Translations under genes and position numbers: made by a program | Assembly: GCF_009914755.1 (NCBI RefSeq) | Contig: NC_060947.1 | Reading direction: 5' to 3' (one strand) | DNA: 64,000 nt | Source of the DNA: the human T2T-CHM13v2.0 reference genome, Homo sapiens | Notes under the pieces: generated by a model | What the model was told of the DNA's origin: nothing | Seen by the model: the letters and a program-made list of their open reading frames with translations, nothing else | Database searches by the model: none | Shown: in pieces, positions 52,575-64,000 of the stretch | How positions within the stretch are numbered: the first letter of the stretch is position 1 | Layout of the letters: each line of letters begins with the position of its first letter

Positions 52575-55500
52575 AATGCATCAGATTCTCTTAATAGCAG
52601 AATTGATCAAGCAGAAGAAAGAATTAGTGAGCTTGAAAAAAGGCCATTAGAAAATACACAGAGAAGGTCCCTCCCAAAAGAAAACAATGAAAAAGAATGA
52701 AGCACACCTACAAACTCTAGGAATAACCCAAAGAGGGCAAATTTAAGAGTTTTGGGCCATGAAGAGGAGGTAGAGAAAGAGATAGGGTTAGAAAGTTTAC
52801 TGAAATGGATAATAGAACTTACCAAAACCAAGGGAAAGATATCAATATTCAAGAACAAGTAGGTTATTATAAAACACCAAACACATTTAACCCAAAAAAC
52901 CCTACCTCAAGGCATTTAATAATCAAACTCCCAAAGGTCAAGAATACAGAAGGGACCCTAAAAGTAGCAATAGAAAAGAAACAAATGACATTCAATGGAG
53001 CGCCAATACACTGGCAGCAGACTTTTCAGAGAAATCTTACAAGCCAGAAGAGAGTGCATGACATATTTAAAGTACTTTTATCTTAGAATACTTTTATCTT
53101 AGAATACTATATCCAGTGAGAATATCCTTAAAACATGAAGGAGAATTAAAGACTTCTCCAGAAAAAAACAAAAGCTGAGGGGTTTCATAAACACCAAACC
53201 TCTCCTATAAGAAATGCTAAAGGGAGTTATTCAATCATAAAAAAAAGATTCTAATGAGGAATAAGTAATCACCTGAAGGCACAAAACTCACTGATAATAG
53301 TAAGTAAACAGAAAAAAACCCCAGAATATTATAACACTGCAATTGTGGTGTGTAAACTACTCTTCCCTTAAGTAGAAAGAGTAAAAGATGAACCAATCAA
53401 AAATAATACCTACAACAGCTTTTCAAGACATAGACAGTATAACAGGAAAAAAAAGTCAAAAAGTGGGGGATGGGCAAAGTTAAAGTATAGATATTTAGTA
53501 GGTTTTTTTTTTTTTGCTTGTTTGTTTCTTCATGCAATCAAAGTTAAGTTGATATCAGGTTGAAATAATAAATTATAAGGTATTATTTGAAAGCCTTGTG
53601 GTAACTCCAAACATAAAAAAAAGTATAACAGATACACAAAAAATAAAAAGCAAGAAATTGAGTCATACCACCAGGAAAAAAACAAATCACTTTCCTTACA
53701 AGAAAGACATGAAGGAAGAGGAAAAGAAAGAGAAGACCACAAAACAACCAGAAAATCAATTAAAAATTGGCAAGAATAAGTCTTTACTTTTCAATAACAA
53801 CATTGAAAATAAATGGGACTAAACTCTCCAATCAAAAGAGATAGAGTGGCTGAATGGAAAGAAACAAGACCCATTGATCTGGTGTCTACAAGAAACACAC
53901 TTCACCCATCAAGACACACACGGGCTAAAAATAAAGGGATGGAGAAACGTATTCCATGCCAATGGAAACCAAAAAAACAGCAGGAGTAGCTATACTTACA
54001 TCAGTCTAAATATATTTTAAGACAAAAACTATAAAAAGAGACAAAGAAGGTCATTATGTAATGACAAAGAGATCAATTCAACAAGAGAATATAACAATTG
54101 CAAATACATATGCACCCAAGACTGTAGCACCCAGATATATAAAGCAAATATTATTAGACCTAAAGAGAGAGATAGACTCCAATGCAATAGCAGCTGGAGA
54201 CTTCAACACTCAACTTTCAGCATTGGACAGATCTTCCAGACAGAAAAATCAACAGCACAACATCAGAATTAATCCAAACAATAAACCAAGTGGAACTAAT
54301 AGATATTTATAGAACATTTCATCTAACAGCTGCAGAATACACATTCTTATTCTCAGAACATGGGTCATTCTTAATGATAGACTATATGTTAGGTCACAAA
54401 ACAAGTCTTAAAACATTCAAGAAAATCGAAATAATATCAAGCATCATCACTAATCACAGTGGAAATCAATAATAGGAGGAATTTTGGAAACTATACAAAC
54501 AGATGGAAATTAAACAATATGCTTCTGGATGACCAGTGGGTCAATGGGGAAATTAAGAAGGAATTGAAAAATTTCTTGAAACAAATTATAATAGAAACAA
54601 AACATGCCAAAACCTATGGGATACAGCAAAAGCATAACTCGGAGGGAAATTTATAAGTGCCTATATCAAAAAAGAGGACAAACTTCAAATAAATAACCTA
54701 ACAATGCATATTAGAGAACTATCAAATCAAGACTAAACCAAAGCCTAAATTAGTGGAAGAAAATAATAAAGATCAAAGCAGAAATAAATGAAATCGAGAT
54801 GAAGAATACAAAAGATCAACAAAATGAAAAGTTGTTTTTTAAGATAAACTAATTTGACAACTTTACCCAGACTAACTAAGAAAAAAGAGAGAAGCCCCAA
54901 ATAAATCAAATCAGAGATTTTAAAAAAAGGAGACAATACAACTGATATCACAGAAATTCAAAAGATCATTAGTGGCTACTATGAGCAGCTAAATAAATTT
55001 GAGAAATGAATATATTTCTAGACACACAGAACTTACTAAGATTGAACCATGAAGAAGTCCAAAACCTGAACAGACCAATAACAAGTAACGAGATCAAACC
55101 CATAATAAAAAGTCTCCCATCACAGAAAAGCCCAGGATGAAATGGCTTCACTGCTGAATTCTACCAATCATTTAAAGAATAACTAACACGGAAGTGAGGA
55201 GTGCCTCTGCCCAGCCGCCCCATCTGGGATGTGAGGAGCGCCTCTGCCCAGCTGCCACCCCGTCTGGGAAGTGAGGAGCGCCTCTGCCCGGCCACCCTGT
55301 CTGGGAAGTGAGGAGCGCCTCTGCCTGGCCACTGTGCAATCTTCCAAGTGTGAAGTGACAGCCTTTCTGCAGGTGTACCCAGCAGCTCCGAAGAGACAGC
55401 GACCATCGAGAACGGGCCATGATGACGATGGCGGTTTTGTCGAAAAGAAAAGGGGGAAATGTGGGGAAAAGAAAGAGAGATCAGATTGTTACTGTGTCTG

Positions 55501-58500
55501 TGTAGAAAGAAGTAGACATAGGAGACTCCATTTTGTTCTGTAGTAAGAAAAATTCTTCTGCCTTGGGATGCTGTTAATCTATAACCTTACCCCCAACCCC
55601 ATGCTCTCTGAAACATGTGCTGTGTCAACTCAGGGTTAAATGGATTAAGGGCGGTGCAAGATGTGCTTTGTTAAACAGATGCTTGAAGGCAGCATGCTGG
55701 TTAAGAGTCATCACCATTCCCTAATCTCAAGTACCCAGGGACACAAACACTGCGGAAGGCCGCAGGGACCTCTGCCTAGGAAAACAAGAGACCTTTTTTC
55801 ACGTGTTTATCTGCTGACCTTCTCTCCACTATTATCCTGTGACCCTGCCACATCCCCTCTCCGAGCAACACCCAAGGATGATCAATAAATACTAAAAAAA
55901 AAAAAAAAAAAAGAATAACCAACACCAATCCTACTTAAAATATTCCAAAAACGAAGGAGAAGGGAACACTTCCAAACTCATTCTACAAGGTCAGTGTTAC
56001 CCTGATACCAAAACCAGACAAAGACACATCAAAATAAGAAAATTACAGGTCAATACTCCTGATTAATATTGATGCAAAAATCCTCAATAAAATAATAGCA
56101 AACAGAATTCAACAACGTATTAAAAAGCATTCACATAACCAAGTAGGATGTATTGCAGGAATGCAGTTATGTTTCACCATACACAAATCAATCAATGTGA
56201 TACATCAAGTCAAAAGAATGGAGGTGAAAGACCATATAATAATTTCAATAGATGCTGCAAAAGCATTTAAAAAAATTCAACATCCCTTCATGACAAAAAC
56301 TCACAAAAAAAAAAAAAACTGGGTATAGAAGGAACATATCACAACATAATAAAAGCCATAAAATGACAGACCAACAACTAGTAACATACTGAATATAGAA
56401 AGACTGAAGGCCTTTCCTCTAAGATCTGGAACAAGACAAGGATGCCCACTCAGCACTCTTATTCAACATAGTGCTGGAAGTCCAAGCTAGTGAAATCAGA
56501 CAAGAGAAAGAAATAAAGAGTGTTCAAAATGGAAGGGAAGAAATTCAAATTATCCTTGTTTGCAAATGATATGATCTTATATTTCACAAAATCTAAAGAC
56601 TGCACCAAAAATCTATTAAAACTGATAAATATATTCCATAAGCTCACAGGATAGAAAATCAACATAGAAAAGTCAGTAGCATTTTTGTATGCCAACAGTG
56701 AAAAATTGGAAAAAGACATCAAGAATTTCATCCCATTTATAACAGCTAAAAATGAAACAAAATATCTAGGAATTAACCTAACCAAAGAAGTAAAATATTT
56801 CTCCAATGAAAACCATAAAATATTGATGAAAGACAATAAAGACACAGAAAAGGGAAAGATATTCTATATTCATGAATTGGAAGAATCAATATTGTTAAAA
56901 CGTCTCTACTACACAAAGCAATCTACAGATTCCATGCAATCCCTGTCAAAATACCAATGACATTCTTTGCGGAAATAGAAGAAAAGTTCTAAAATTTATA
57001 TGGAACCACAAAAGACCCAGAATAGGCAAAGCCATCCTAAGTGAGAAAAAAAAAACAAAACTGGAGGAATCACATTATTGGACTTCACATTATACAACAG
57101 AGCTATAGTAAACAAACAGCATGGTACTGTCACAAAAACAGACACATAGGACAATGGAACAGTACAGAGAATCCAGAAACAAATTCATACATCTACAGCG
57201 AACTATTTTCAACAAAGGTGCCAAGAACATGCATTGGAGAAAAGTCAGTCTCTTCACTAAATGGTGCTGGGAAAACTATATTGATACGCAGAAAAATGAA
57301 ACTACACCCTTATTTCTTGTCGTGTACAAAAATCAAAATGGATTAAAGACTTAATTCTTATACCTCAAACTATGAAACTACTATAAGAAAACATTGGGGA
57401 AAGTCTTCAGACATTGGATTGGGCAAAGATTTCTTAAGTAATACTCCACAAGTACAGACAGCCAAAACAAAAATGGATAAATGGGATCACACCAAATTAA
57501 AAAGCTTCTTCACAGCAAAGGAAACAATCGACAAAGTAAAGAAACCACTCACAGAATGGGAGAAAGTATTTGCAAACTACTCATCTGAAAAGGGATTTAT
57601 AGCCAGAATACATAAGGAACTCACCTCTATAGGAAAAAAAATTTAATAATCTGGTCAAAATTGGGCAAAAGATCTGAATAGACTTTACTCAAAAGAAAAC
57701 ATGGAAAAGGCAAACAGGCAAATGAAAAGGTTATCAACATCATTGATCATCAGAGAAAGCAAATCACAACTACAATTAAATGTTATCTCATCCCAGTTCA
57801 AATGGCTTTTATCCAAAAGTCAGGCAGTAGCAAATGCTGAAGAGGACGTAGAAAAAATGGAACACTTGTACACTCTTGCTGGGAATATAAATTAGTACAA
57901 CCACTATAGAAAACAGTTTGGAGGATCCTCAAAAAACTAAAAATAGAGCTACCTTATGATCCATCAATTTCCCTCCTAGGTGTATACCCAAAAGGAAGGA
58001 AATTAGTATATCAAAGAGATACCTGCACTCCCATGTTTACTGCAGCACTATTTACAATAGACTAGATTTTCGGGCAACCTAAGTGTCCATCAGCAAATTA
58101 ATGGATAAAGAAAATGTGGTACATATACACAATGAAGTACTATTCATCCATAAAAAGGTATGTGATCCTGTCATTTGCAAGAATGTGGATGGAACTTGAC
58201 GTCATTATGTTAAGTGAAATAAGCTAGGCACAGAAAAGCAAATATCACATATTCTCATCTGTGCGAGCTAAAGACTAAAACAATTGAACTCATGAAGATA
58301 GAGAGTAGAAGGAGGGCTACCAGAGGCTAGGAAGGGTAGTAGGTGTTGTGGAGGAGGTAGGGATTGTTAACGGGTGCAAAAAAATAGAAAGAATGAATAA
58401 GAACTTATAGTTGATAGCACAACAATGTGACTATAGTCAATAATTTTATTGTACATTTAAAAATAACTAAAAGAGTATAATTGGATTGTTTATAACACAA

Positions 58501-58655
58501 AAGACAAATGCTTGAGGTGATGGATACCCATTTACTCTGATGTGATTATTATGCATTGTATGCCTGTATCAAAACATCTCATGCAACCCATAAATAAATA
58601 CACTTATTATATATCCATAAAAATTCAAAATAAATTTTAAAAATAAAAAAATAAC
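52575..58655 (+). mobile_element. L1MA2/3-like LINE-1, 5'-truncated within ORF1, hosting an SVA
   Basis: ORF1 remnant PTSRHLIIKLPKVK and EN remnant SIQQENITIANTYAP...AGDFNTQLSALDRSSRQK. L1MA 3' UTR ('aatgcttgaggtgatggataccc') and A-rich tail. Confidence 0.9.
55190..55909 (+). mobile_element. 5'-truncated SVA (SVA_A-like): about 4 VNTR units, SINE-R and poly-A
   Basis: VNTR 'gtgaggagcgcctctgccc', then 'gtgcaatcttccaagtgtgaagtgacagcc', then HERV-K env/LTR-derived SINE-R, AATAAA and A-tail. 16-bp TSD aaagaataac(t/c)aacac at 55174 and 55910, after a ttt/aaag L1-endonuclease-type site. Confidence 0.95.
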
Positions 58656-60307
58656 AAATGCAGTCATTGGACTCCTGTTTACATTTCTATCACCTACTCT
58701 ACTGATGTGTTTGTTTCAATTTATTCCCCTTTTCCTTTATTACAGCCAGTCATGCTTATCAATTTTAAAAAGCATGGATTTTACTAACAAAGTGAATTAC
58801 CCACTTCAATTTCCTCAGGAACATCCAACCTTAAAAAATATCTTCACAAAATAATGGGCCTCACGAAGGAATATGGTGTCTGAGTAAAGTTTTTATTTAA
58901 AAAGTTGTCCTATGCGCAAAAAAAAAAAAAAAAAACTATAAACAGGACTTTAACTGACCCTAAATTTGCTAATAGTAATCCCTTGTTCTTGTATACTAGT
59001 CAAGTTCATCTTTTAGCCAGAACAGCTTTTCAGTGAAAACCACTGGATTAAACACAATGAAACGGGTGTTTCTGGCTGACTCAGAAACCAACTGTTATCA
59101 AGAACATAACCAATCTCTTCCCCAGTACAGGTTGGAAACTTGACCATGTTTCCATATCCACACCCCTGAATTTTTCCTTTCTTTTCCACATGCCAGAGCC
59201 AAAACCATCTTCTTTAAACATTACATCCCTACTCTGAATCATGACGACAAGAAGAAAGGTTCCCATGGAGAGATCATGACCAATACCTTTTTGCCTCTGC
59301 CTGCAAGGAAGGCATCGTAGGTAGCAGGGCTGCTTCTGTAGTGTTTGTTTGTTTGTTTTAATTAAAGCACATTGTTAGTGTAGAAATACTGAAGGGTGAC
59401 CTCTGTTTTCCTGTATTCCACATTAGCATCTCCATGCCCAACCAAATGGAATTCAGTGCAGTTTGTAGGCATGCAAAGATGTATCTATCATAATACATGA
59501 TGAATGACAGCTTGAAAACCATCACAGAAATATGAGCAAACAGTTCAGTCTCTTCCATAGAGATTTTCCACATGCTTAAAGAAAATTAGTTCTGTGCATC
59601 TATACCCTTTATATGTTTTTCCTTTTAATTTACATTTTAAGCTATGTAAGTATGTGTTATTTTCCCTCCATGATCCCTTCCTTAATGCTCTTTTGCACTA
59701 GATGACAGAGTGCAACTGAGGTTGCCACTGTTATTGCAACGGACCCTGAGTTAGGAAAGTTAAATGGTGCTCTTCCATCTAGTCATGTCTAAGCCGATTT
59801 AAAGTTTACTGATACTACACTTCACAATAGATTATGTCATCTAAGCACAACTGCTCTGCGGTACTCAAACTCTTAATCAGCCTTCAAAATCCATTTCAAA
59901 AAATTCATTTAACGTTATTATCTTTGTGGCTTTTCTATAAATGTAAAAGTATTTCAAGATAGTTTAAAATCAAAACGAAAAAATGGACTTTGTTTTTGAA
60001 TGCTGTTTAAATTGCATGGGAAAATACTTTTGTTTGTTGTGGCTAGACTAGAGTAGAAACAGAGGCTAGTAGCAAACCTGGGAAGTGACTGTGGTACATG
60101 GTAAAGAGATAGTGGCTAAGTTGGGCAGCAAAGTATAAGGTATCCATGTAAAAGATCACCAAGTATCAGGAGAACCAGAACCTTATGATTTGGGGCTCAT
60201 AGAATGGGTTTGCCAGATGTCAGACAAAAGAAAAGAATCAGATGCAGTGGCAGATCCTATAGCTATTGATAAGCAGTCTATATGTTACTAGTATCAACAT
60301 ACGGCTT

Positions 60308-60916
60308 TGTATTAGTTTTCTATCACTGCTATAACAAATTACTACAAAAAGTGGCCTAAAATGGCAACTGTTTATTATCTGACAGTTCTCTAGCACATCA
60401 GGCCAGTTAGGTTTGTCTGGGTATTCTGCTTGGAGTTTTACAAGGCCAAAATCAAGGTGTTGGCCAATGGCTTTTCTGAAGGTTCTCAGGAAGAATCTGC
60501 TTCCAGGATCATTCAGGCTGTTGTCCAAATTCAGTTTCATGCAGCTACAGAACTGAGCTCTCATGTTCTTGCTGATTGTCAGCTGGGCATTGTTCTCAGC
60601 TTCTAGAGACCTCTTGCCTTCTTTGGCTCCTGGCTCCTTTCATCTTCAAATCCATCAACAATGCGGAAAACTTCTTATGCTTCAAATCTTTCTTTCCTTT
60701 TCTTTCTGCCTGCTTTTAAGGGCTTCTGTGATTTTGTTGTCCCATCCCACTCATCCCACAGATAATCCAAGATAATATTCCTATTTTAAAATAAACTGAT
60801 TAGTAATGGAACCACGGCAAAGTCTGTTTTGTTATTTAAGGTAATATATAAGGTACATACACAGTCCTGGGAATTATTGAGGGGAATCTTTTTGGAGGCA
60901 ACAATACTACCTACCA
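60308..60916 (-). mobile_element. MLT1E-like MaLR solo LTR
   Basis: 'tgtattagttttctat...ctgctataacaaattac', 'aaatcaaggtgttggcc', 'gaagaatctgcttcca', ending 'ctacctacca'. Confidence 0.8.
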
Positions 60917-62741
60917 AATTCATCCTGAAGTTTATGTGCATCCTAAATGCATGTACTGTGCAGCCTCTGCCATCATTAACTGCCCTTCACTCTTGCTAAC
61001 TTCCCATATACATGATTATCTTCATGAATTCAGAAGTAAAAGCGACCAATGGAATCCTGCTGAGCTCTACTTCCCATAATCCTACTACATTTGTGAGGCA
61101 AACATTAAACATCAATTAGGCATCAAATTGGTTTTAAGTTCCCAAATTATTTAAAGAGTTTAAGAAAGTCTTTAACTGTAAATGACTATGTCAAGGGCTT
61201 CTTACTTGACACAATTCTGAAAAACAGTTCTTGTTTGGGTGTGAAAAAGAACACTTTCAAATAAAAGCCTTTGTGGTGTTCCCCAAACCAGTCACATTAA
61301 TAAGAGAGGGAACGGTCCTTGGGCTAAAACCCTAAGACATTAAAAGTTTGGGAAGGAGATCTACATTGCATAGCATTTCCCCTACACCTAGACACATGCA
61401 GCTGCCTTCTTTGCAGGAGAATTCAAAGCTCAGGAGCCCTGTCTGGAAGAGGACTAGTGATGTCACTAAAAGGTTCTTTGAAAATCCATTTGTCAAAAAG
61501 GAAACGACCAAAAAAGCTCTAATCTATCCCTTTTGAAATACCTCTGTAATTGATTTTTTTCCTCTGGTTTTTATGAACTGACTATAGAACATGATTACAA
61601 GGCTGGCCTACTGACAGAATAAAAAAAATTATGAATCACACACAAAACACCAGAAATCACAGCACTGTCTCCTCAGGGATGTTCCAAAGTACTAATCCTA
61701 ACAATATCTGATCCAAGTAGCTCAGCCATACAATTTCAGCATTTTGAAGTGTAAATTGATTTGGTGAATCATTTAAATTTACTTTATCTGATTATTATTA
61801 ACATTGCAATAAAGGGTTTAAGAGTATGAAAAATTAAAATTCCTTTAACTCTCTTTCAGAGCAGCGACGTGTTCATTTGCAAGGCTTTTTCTGTCAACAA
61901 CTGCAATTGGCCTGTCCATGTGTATTTGGAAGAGCCCTTCACTTAATGAGTACTACGTAATGGGGTTTGTGGGAGAGGGGGCTTCATTACCATTGCAAAT
62001 CATTCACTTGCAAGAAAACATTGTCTACTTCATTTGCACAGTTGTTTTGTTTTAAACGCCTACCCATTAATGCTGTGTATCTCAGCAGACATGTTTACTT
62101 AAGGAAACAGTAGTTCTCTTAGATTAAGGAGTGTTTTTGAGATTCATTGAAATATTTTTCCCTTTGTGTGTATGATTTTTAGTTATAATTCAGTCCCCTC
62201 CCTGTTGCTTTCTTAATCCTAAATTAAGATACAGCTGTTTGATGGGCTGTATGCCATTTTCCTCATAGTTAATATTTCCTCTCCCCCAACACTTTCTGAA
62301 CCTTCACCTTTAAAGACAATGAATTTGCTATGCTTGTGTTATATAGAGATGGTGAATCTTAATTATACTTTCAGACTACAGTGTCTGTGTCTAGCTGTGC
62401 ATTTGAATGTTTCTGATCAAGATGTATATGCTCCAGTATATTTATTTTTAATCCCAAATTACATCTTTCTCAAGCCAAGACCAAATGTGAAATCATCAAC
62501 TTTTATTTACAGACACCTGTCAAGGGTTTGTTAATAACTCCATTCTTGTACCTTTCTTGATATAGTTCCCTGAGAATTTCTCTTTGCCTGCAATCTGGGG
62601 GAAGACATGAGCCTAAAAGATTTCTCACTGAAAGGTGGATGTGCGTTTTGTGCTTCCCAAAGCTTACTAAGTGAGGCTCTCCAGGCTTGGCAAGTGTGAG
62701 GCATTTCCATGTGCTTCTCTGGATTTTTTTTTTCTGGAGAA

Positions 62742-63438
62742 TGTAGGAGTGGAAAGGTGTGACAACTTCTCTCACTCATCATAAGGGTCATGGCTGACTG
62801 ATACTGCTACAACAAAAGACAGGTTAATTACGGAAAAGGAAAACAAATTTATTTAATCAAAGCTTCATGTGACATGGGAGACTTCAGAAATGAAGACCCA
62901 AAAACCTAGGGAAATACGCCCATTTTTATTCTTAGATTTGTTGAAGAATGGAGAGCCATACAGAAACGTGACTGGATAAAAGGGGTATAAGCTAATGGTA
63001 ACAGACTGATGGAGGAAAACACAGAAAAGCCTGTCTGTTCATATTTTTCTTGGCCTCTCTGTATAGCATTCCTTCCTCCTGGGTATAGGAAAGGACCTCT
63101 CTGGAATGAGGATCTTATGCCCTACTGTGAGACAAGGTAAGGCCAAGAATTTATTTATGGTCAGCTCCCACACAGAAAGGCTGGGGAAGGTAAGAGTAAT
63201 ATTTCTAAGTTTGATGGCTTGCTTTGTGAGAGAGGGATTCTGTTTCTATGACCCACCTTAGGGAAGAGGAATTCTGGCTTCTGTGACTCACTTCAGAGGA
63301 GAAAGAGGGATGAAATATAGGAAGGCAGAGGGAAGGTCAGTGAGAACTTGCTGCTGAGGCCTTCCAATCTCCTTTAGTTCAAAGTACTTAGCATGCCTAA
63401 GCTCCATACTTTGGGGTATTATTTTCTGAGCCTCAATA
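62742..63438 (-). mobile_element. MER39-like ERV1 solo LTR
   Basis: The reverse strand begins 'tattgaggctcagaaaataataccccaaagtatgg...catgctaagtactttgaactaaaggagattggaaggcctcag', matching the recalled MER39 5' end. 4-bp TSD agaa on both sides. Confidence 0.82.
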
Positions 63439-64000
63439 AGAATCATAATATATTTGAAGAAAATTTCCCTATTTAAGGAGATTTAATTTGAGAACTAAGC
63501 CAGATGCTCTCCCTTAGGCTATTCACAAAGATTACCAGTAGAAGCAATACAACATGGATTTAAGACATCTTCTAATGTGACTTCAAGCTAATTAAAGAGG
63601 TAAAAAAAGAAAGGCCTACAACATAGCATCCAGTGGAAGGAGAATGCTTCAAACTCACCCACAGCATTAGCTCATTTATTTCCTATTCTTTTCTAAGAAG
63701 TCACCCACAGAGGCTAAGATATGCTTTTTTTCTCCATCCTGCATGTGATTTTGACTAAAGGGATTGTATTTTAGATAATTTGAAAATCCAAAGATTCAGT
63801 CCAAAGAGACAATTCAGCATTCTTCTCTTGAAGACTTACAAAAGATGGTAATTGGAACGTGTATGTTTTTATGAATGGTTCCACAGGGAGCAAAAAAATT
63901 TTTTAAAGGATGAGTTTCACACAGAATGACCAGTAAGCAAAGATGGTGGAAGTATTTATTATTATAAAGTGCATGACCTTAGAGGTTATCTGTTGCCAAT

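Noticed and set aside
55190-55330. Regularly spaced repeats of about 37-40 bp resembling a CRISPR array
   Set aside because: The units are tandem with no unique spacers. This is the SVA VNTR in a eukaryotic context with no cas genes.
55470-55895. Apparent HERV-K (LTR5) solo LTR
   Set aside because: It is preceded by SVA VNTR units and env-derived sequence and ends in poly-A with a 16-bp TSD, so it is the SINE-R part of an SVA.

Overview
This is AT-rich, repeat-dense primate genomic DNA. A 5'-truncated SVA and an AluY point to a great ape, most simply human. I find no intact protein-coding gene, RNA gene or CRISPR array. The longer ORFs in the track are decayed LINE-1 or endogenous retrovirus frames or their antisense shadows. 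By my hand count about 45% of the window is LINE-1, with only two Alu dimers and one Alu monomer. Positions 1-22 kb form a nested stack: an old L1MC/MD 3' end contains an L1MA, which contains an 18-kb block of L1 5' half, MLT2A/HERV-L, class I ERV fragment, MER33, inverted L1PA7 and an L1PA7 tail. Several internal junctions in that block are not explained by simple nesting. Positions 22-64 kb hold MaLR and ERV1 solo LTRs, L2/MIR relics, two more long L1MA copies, an L1PB and an SVA_A. The most unusual spot is 42.0-43.5 kb, where old direct duplications are followed by perfect inverted 17-23-nt copies embedded in TA-rich filler. I cannot support a new biological system here; the notable items are rearrangement and insertion scars. 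Repeat subfamily names come from recalled consensus sequences, not a database search, and boundaries are approximate unless a TSD is quoted.
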